Program-made: the position numbers and the translations under genes
NCBI GenBank assembly: GCA_002269645.1
Contig: NIVC01004391.1
Coordinates: 1 to 47,477, forward strand
Source of the DNA: Macrostomum lignano
Taxonomy: Eukaryota
DNA length: 47,477 nucleotides
Direction: 5' to 3'
The notes under the pieces: model-generated
What the model saw: the letters and a program-made list of their open reading frames with translations, nothing else
Databases searched by the model: none
What the model was told of the DNA's origin: nothing
Shown here: positions 41,306 to 47,477 of the stretch, piece by piece
How positions within the stretch are numbered: the first letter of the stretch is position 1
How the letters are laid out: every line of letters starts with the position of its first letter

Positions 41306-41739
41306 TGTCCATCAAAGAGCAGCAGTTGCACTCACACAGTCAGTTGGATTGGCACATGGGCAGAATTCTCTGTAAAATGTTTGCAGGGAGATCGTGGAGA
41401 AAATTATAAAATATAAAATTCTTCTTCTGCTAAGCCGTTTTGCAATATCTGGATTCGTCTTCCCAATGCAAACTGAAGGCTGAACATGACCCTATAATGA
41501 TCTACTCAGTGAAGACTCTGCGGCCATTGGGTCGCTGGGTCGCTACGTTGAAGCCAGCAGCCCCAGTTTTCAAACCAATGGCGAGGTTGGAAATGCAGTG
41601 GGGGAAGAGATGAGCAGAAGAAATGCGACTCGTAATTGCGGGAGACTCCAGCAAAACTGTTTGCGTGCACTGCTGAAATTTCTGTAATTGCTTTCCTGTT
41701 GGCGTCTTGTTAATGAATTTCTTGTCTGAATTTGAGGGC

Positions 41740-41845
41740 TGTTAGATATCTGTTAGTTGAGTGTTCGAGGCTGTTGGATATCTGTTAGTTGAGTGTTCGA
41801 GGCTGTTAGATATCTGTTAGTTGAGTGTTGAAGGGCTGTTAGATA
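41740..41845. repeat. 3 x 33-nt tandem repeat (gggctgttagatatctgttagttgagtgttcga)
   Basis: Three imperfect copies. Confidence 0.8.
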
Positions 41846-42404
41846 AATTTTATTAATCGTGATCAGCGTCCTTAATTTCAATGCAAAAACACAATACTGA
41901 GCGCTCTTGTTTATTCTTTGAAATATACACAGGAATTTTTAATTTACTTAATCTATAGCAAATTAATCCCTTTATCCAATCTCCTTATCTGCACAGATTA
42001 ACAAGCACTTGATGGGGCGATCGCCATAGGGATTACTATTGCCGCAGGCAGAATGTATTCAAAGTCTAGATTGCAATTTCTGTTCATGCCTCACCTCTTC
42101 TAAAGATTTCTAATCAGAAATGATTTCGGGAATACTAATATTCAACCCACGATTTAACAAGAAGAGATTGGTGCAGAAGCATACATGAGAGCCATTAGTG
42201 CACTATACTCGCATATAGAGCGAAATTCAATGCTCCGCGCTGGCAACTGCAGACTTTGGAAGGTGTGTGGGAGGGAATTGGCGATGAAAGGTGGACTTGG
42301 TATAGGTAATTTTAAATGGCAAAGGGAGTTTTAAGATAGGTGAGAGCTTAAGGTGCAGATAAAATGGAAATGAGACAGTCAGACAGAGTGGGTTAATTGT
42401 GTTT

Positions 42405-43080
42405 AGAAAGAGACAGATTGTGTTTAGAAAGAGACAGATTGTGTTTAGAAAGAGACAGATTGTGTTTAGAAAGAGACAGATTGTGTTTAGAAAGAGACAG
42501 ATTGTGTTTAGAAAGAGACAGATTGTGTTTAGAAAGAGACAGATTGTGTTTAGAAAGAGACAGATTGTGTTTAGAAAGAGACAGATTGTGTTTAGAAAGA
42601 GACGGATTGTGTTTAGAAAGAGACAGATTGTGTTTAGAAAAGACAAAGAGACGAATTGTGTTTAGAGACTGATTGTGTACATAAAAGAGACAGATTGTGT
42701 TTATAAAAGAGACAGATTGTGTTTAGAAAGAGACGGATTGTGTTTATAAAAGAGACAGATTGTGTTTAGAAACAGACGGATTGTGTTTATAAAAGAGACG
42801 AATTGTGTTTAGAGACTGACTGTGTATATAAAAGAGACAGATTGTGTTTATAAAAGACACATATTGTGTTTAGAAAGAGACAGATTGTGTTTAGAAAGAG
42901 ACAGATTGTGTTTAAAAAGAGACAGATTGTGTTTAGAAAAGAGACGAATTGTGTTTAGAGACTGATTGTGTATATAAAAGAGACAGATTGTGTTTAGAAA
43001 GAGACAGATTGTGTTTAGAAAGAGACAGATTGTGTTTAGAAAAGAGACGGATTGTGTTTAGAAAAGAGACGGGTTGTGTT
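42405..43080. repeat. 21-nt minisatellite (tgtgtttagaaagagacagat)
   Basis: About 31 copies; homogeneous on the left, degenerate on the right. Confidence 0.95.
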
Positions 43081-43699
43081 TAAAATGAGCAGGTAATGTC
43101 AGCCAATAAATTTCAACCATATATTATTTATATTGACGCACTTAGCAGACAAATTAAAGCCTCGCATAGTTATAAATTTTATTTTGACAACTTTAACTAT
43201 TAAATTCATACAGACCAAAAACAGGGCGAAAACGGGGGTGGCAGTAGACGGTACACCGTCAGACTCAATTATCTACCCAGCCCACAAGTCATTACAACTA
43301 GCTTTACTGTAATCTAAAATTACATTGTTGTGTGCGGACTTGTACACTAAGTACATCTTGTCCTTTATATCGCTAATTGAGCCCGCTAGCTAATACAAGC
43401 GTATCAATCCATCAGATAAGATAATGCCGCAACAAAGGAGAAGCGATCGGAGAGGAAAGGAAAAACTTGAAAAAAAGAAGCAAGAACAGTCAGTTATTGA
43501 GGAAAACTTTGAGAAATAGGCTTTACTTTCTGCTCAAACAAAACAATCTTTCTTTGTTTATCTGAACTAAATTATCTGGTAATATTTTCAAAAGTGAAAA
43601 TAAATTGGACCAAACACCTCAGCAGCAGAGTAAAAGTGCAACATTTAGTCTGAGTTGTTCCGTTATTGTCAAGGGAGTTCGTCATTTTGCTTCATTTTC

Positions 43700-43892
43700 T
43701 CAGGCCAACACCTTGCTCCGTTCACGGGTGATGCCCGTCTTGAGCATGTTGCCATCGGTCTGAGTTATCGGCTTGGTTGCTAGGCGGTTTCTAACGTCGG
43801 CCGTGCGCCTATCGAGCATGATTGAGTTGGTCTTCTCGGCCAGGTCAGCGTTGATTCGGTCCAGCTGCTTCTGCAGGCCGTCCAGGTTGTGC
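43700..43892 (-). CDS. TEKT2: Tektin-2, exon 4 (terminal)
   Basis: Acceptor cccctcag|G, completing a phase-2 codon. Encodes HNLDGLQKQLDRINADLAEKTNSIMLDRR...KVLA*. Confidence 0.88.
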
Positions 43893-43949
43893 CTGAGGGG
43901 TTGGAGGCGAGGGTGGAGGGCTTAGAATGATGACGGAGTCGGAGCAGGT

Positions 43950-44165
43950 AAGATGACTGAGTCGATGGATTTGAGTGCAGGAAAGATGACTGAGTCGATG
44001 GATTTGAGTGCAGGAAAGATGACTGAGTCGATGGATTTGAGTGCAGGAGAGATGACTGAGTCGTTGGAGTTGAGTGCAGGAGAGATGACTGAGTCGATGC
44101 AGTTGAGTGCAGGAAAGATGACTGAGTCGATGCAGTTGAGCGCAGGATAGATGACTGAGTCGATG
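43950..44165. repeat. 33-nt minisatellite (gatgactgagtcgatggatttgagtgcaggaaa), tektin intron 3
   Basis: About 6.5 copies. Confidence 0.92.
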
Positions 44166-44724
44166 GAGTCAATGTGAATGTATTTACCTGTTGTATTTAA
44201 ATATTTATTTGTGTTTCAAGTCGACTTTATCTTCCAGCTTCTCACCGACATCATTTATTCGCATATCCTTTTCATTCTGCCCTGAGCTGCTCAAATCCAT
44301 CTCAATTTCAAACCCAAACCGGAGCGAGAATAATGATCTCCTTGGCTCATCTTGGGCGAGCAATTTTCGAATCCTGGCGCTTCTCGTCGATAACAGCTGC
44401 TGCACTGCGGCTAAAGTTCATGCCTTCCCTCTCTTGCTCGGATTCACTCTGTCCAAGCAAGTAATCTACAGTGCTGCGCTGATGTGTGCTCATCTTCATT
44501 TAGACATTGCTTTCCTCTTTCCGAGAAACTCGGGTTCTTCCCCCCCCCTCGATCTTCCTCCTCCCCCCTTCTCTCAAAATGAGTTCTATTTTCTCCTGAC
44601 TGATCCACTTACCGGACCGGCAGCTCTTTTTAAAGTGCAGGTGAGATTAAGTGTTTTTTTAAATAATAATTTGCAACAAATCTACTATTAGTAGCTAAGA
44701 AATAGAAGCATAATTAAGGCATAC

Positions 44725-44981
44725 CGAGCCTGCTTGAGCTTGTCGTAGAGAGCGTCTTTGCTGGCTTTGATCTGCTGCACCTCGTCGGTAAGGCCGTACT
44801 GCACCGCGTCTCGGCACAGCTCCACGCCCGGCCGGGTTGTCCGGTTCTCCAGGCGAGTCTCGGCCAGTTTAGCTGGAGGAATCTTCGCTTTGATGGCCTC
44901 CTCCAGGGCGCGAATGTCTCGCTCGAGTTCGGCGATCTCGTCCTCAGTCTGCTGCTTCTGCCATTCGAGTTCGTCCTTGGC
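44725..44981 (-). CDS. TEKT2: Tektin-2, exon 3
   Basis: Acceptor caacag|GCC, donor CG|gtatgc. Encodes AKDELEWQK...TRLENRTTRPGVELCRDAVQYGLTDEV, containing the tektin signature (RPxxELCRD). Confidence 0.93.
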
Positions 44982-45156
44982 CTGTTGATGGGTTTAAGAG
45001 GTCGAGTTTAAAATCTTTGACAGGAAAATTTTTTGTTACAGACATTCGGACGAAGAGTTTGGAGATAGAAAGCTCGGATGAAAGATTTACGAGATGATTT
45101 CAAAGTTTTGAGCATTGAACTCAAATATGATGCAGTGTCGATCCCCTCAGCCTCAC

Positions 45157-45561
45157 CTGCTCCTGTTCGTGCAGTCGCTTCCTCAGCGCGTAGTCGCTGG
45201 CCTGCCGCTGGGACTCCAGGTCGTTGTCCGTGTCGTGGATGGTCCGGTGGGCGGCCTCGCGCAGGCGGCCGCTGGACGCGATCTCGGCCTTGGCCCTGTC
45301 CACATTGTACCGGCTGAAGTCCTCCCACTGCTGCGGGGTTGTGCTGCCCTTGGGCACCCGGGTGGGGTTCGGCTTGTAGGAGATGTTGGGGCTCTGCTCG
45401 TTCAGATTGTACTGGTCGATGTCGATGCCCAGAGCGATGTTCTTGTTCTGCAGGTCGGCCAGGATCTGCTGGCGGGCCTCCTGCAGGACGCACAGCTGCT
45501 CGAACTGCTCGTCAACTTTCTGTTGAAGATTGCGCTTGGCCTTGGCGATCACCTCTTGCTC
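45157..45561 (-). CDS. TEKT2: Tektin-2, exon 2
   Basis: Acceptor gtctag|GAG, donor CAG|gtgagg. SPNISYKPNPTRVPKGSTTPQQWEDFSRYN matches TEKT2 SPNISLKVDPTRVPDGSTTLQQWDDFSRFN. Confidence 0.93.
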
Positions 45562-45675
45562 CTAGACGATAGCAATAGGCATTGTATATAACTCAATCGA
45601 GCTACTAACAGTATGTGTGTTAGCAAATTATTGATACATGTACTTTGTTGAGAAAACGGTGAAACCATGACTAAC

Positions 45676-46089
45676 CTTGCGCAGCTGTTGCTCGATCTCG
45701 TCCTCAACGTTGTCGATGCTTCGACGTCCGTCACGAACAGTCAGGCACTCGTTGACGGTGTCAGTGGGCAGGTTCTTGCGCTCCAGAGCCTCCTCGGTCT
45801 GCTCCTTGGACTCGCTCAGCTTGGAAATTTCGGCATCAAGGTCGCCCAAAGTCTGCTCGAGGATTTCCTTCCACTTGCGGATGACATCGACGCGGTCGGC
45901 CAGACGGGTGTTGTTGTCCTTCTGGTCCCATTTGGTCTTGTTGTCGGTCTCGTTGCGCAGGAATCGGGCCTCCTGGCGCACCTGATCGGAGGCTTCTCGC
46001 TGGCGCTCGGCGTTAGACGAAATCGCGTACGCGTTGGTGAACCAGTCCACTGGCTGATACTTGGCGTTTGGCTTTGTCTCTGTTGCCAT
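45676..46089 (-). CDS. TEKT2: Tektin-2, exon 1
   Basis: MATETKPNAKYQPVDWFTNAYAISSNAERQREASDQVRQEARFLRNET closely matches the TEKT2 N-terminus. Donor AAG|gttagt. The spliced product is 422 aa. Confidence 0.94.
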
Positions 46090-47071
46090 GGCGATTTTTT
46101 GGTTGTCTTAAGGGCTTCTTTGCTGAAAGGTTGTGTTGTAAAATTATTAATTATAGTGTGCACTTTAGTACTCGACAGAAAGGCATAAAAAGCTTATTAT
46201 TGAATGATAATAAAAAAAATTTGTCTGTTACATCTTTTAAATGCTGCCAGCTTCTAAAAAATTAAAAATATATTTCATAAAACAACTTGTTAATTTCAAC
46301 CCTAAAAAGATGCTGAAGCTCTGATATATTATTTATATCACATTATTTACGTTTGGTACAAAAATGCAAATGTTTCCCCTGATTTCCTTACCAAATCAAT
46401 TGCAATTTCCTGCTAAGATCCTATTATTAAACTGAGAGTAAGGACTCTAAGCTAGCCTAATGAATTCAAATCGAACTCAACTCTATGATGAATTCGGAGA
46501 TGTAGAATAAAAATATTTGTTGGGCTAGTAAGAACTAACAATCATATGCATACATGCCCATTTGATATTCTAGCAATAAAATAACAAATAATATAAATTT
46601 AAGTCTCAAGGATTTTCGCTCCTATGCTCAAATGTCGCATGGCGCATGGTCAACAAACGAATCCAATCAGAAAGAGCATTTAAAAAAACAGTTTGATCAA
46701 AACTAATACAAAAGAGCTATAAATGAAGAAAAATACAGCATTAAAGTAGATGGCGCAATTGATATCGTAAAAATGAACATGCTATAATGATTGAACTTAA
46801 AACTTTTAGCAATATATAAAAATCGAACCAATGATCGTATTTTAAATGGGAAAAGACATCTTAGTTACTAGTAAAAACTATAGAATAAAATTTTCAAGAA
46901 AAGTTTGTGTTTATAAATATATGTAAAATATCTGCAAGTTCAATAACCTTTTTTTTGATAAAACAATAAATTCGACCATTTTTTTAAACAGTAAATAAGA
47001 TATTCAAAATTTATTCTCTCTTTATACGACCTAAAAATTTTTCATTCCTTACTTTTACATTTTATCAACAG
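46090..47071. promoter_or_regulatory. Divergent (bidirectional) promoter region between tektin-2 and transportin
   Basis: Head-to-head genes about 1 kb apart. CCAAT box (CCAATCAG, 46663), YY1-like AGATGGCG (46748-46755) and CGCATGGCGCATG (~46636). Motif function is unverified. Confidence 0.5.
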
Positions 47072-47180
47072 CAATGGTTATCATGTCTGGAATCCCGATC
47101 CAGCAAGCCTAGAACAAGTGGTTATTCTCTTAAACCAATCGAAAACAGCAGATTCAGCTGTTCAAAAGCAAGTCCATGAA
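47072..47180 (+). CDS. TNPO1: Transportin (karyopherin-beta2) N-terminal exon (not in the ORF track)
   Basis: Acceptor caacag|C, donor GAA|gtgagt. WNPDPASLEQVVILLNQSKTADSAVQKQVHE resembles TNPO1 [31 protein letters not shown]. The start codon exon and the next exon were not identified in the window, and TNPO1 versus TNPO2 cannot be distinguished. Confidence 0.75.
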
Positions 47181-47477
47181 GTGAGTATTCTTTCCCATTT
47201 AACTTGATTTATTTTCTAACTTTACTTTAGTAGGCCTAAACTGAAATTTAAAATCGAATGTTTTGCAAATTTACCTGAAAATAGCTTATACAATGATGTT
47301 GTATAGTTGTTATTGTCAATATATCTGATCCCGTGTCTATCCATGTATGTTTACACTATAATAGTCACTCAGGATCAGAAAGCCAGGCCATATGCCCATA
47401 TGCCATAGCCTAGTCAAGAAGATTGCATTTTTTATTTTTTTAATCAAGCACAAAATTAAGGGTGTTAAGTTCACCAA

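Overview
Eukaryotic (animal) genomic DNA, not prokaryotic. It has spliceosomal introns, mostly GC-rich exons, AT-rich spacers and a very high load of 10-34 nt minisatellites. The style is compatible with a ciliated invertebrate such as the flatworm Macrostomum (inference only). Four genes are reconstructed by hand on the minus strand. (1) A ~3,018-aa sacsin-like protein in 6 exons (4117-18016): two GHKL/Hsp90-like sacsin repeats, a degenerate J-domain lacking HPD, a C-terminal HEPN domain, one GC-AG intron and a 7.5-kb terminal exon. (2) An NFIL3/E4BP4/vrille-type bZIP factor (21730-~27160; 5' end unresolved) with a PLDLT motif and a second zipper-like coil. (3) An intronless DOK/IRS-like PH-PTB adaptor (37954-39315). 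(4) Tektin-2 (43700-46089). A transportin (karyopherin-beta2) N-terminal exon lies on the plus strand at the right edge, head-to-head with tektin-2. Most other ORFs in the supplied track are artefacts of tandem repeats or shadow frames. The most unusual signal is a pair of long, apparently frame-preserved, dead ORFs (1-1935 and 13107-13930). Their stops read naturally as Gln/Arg codons hit by C-to-T, and a sampled part of the first is CpA/TpG/CpG-poor and TpA-rich. This resembles fungal RIP-type hypermutation. It is an inference from manual reading and needs computation to confirm.
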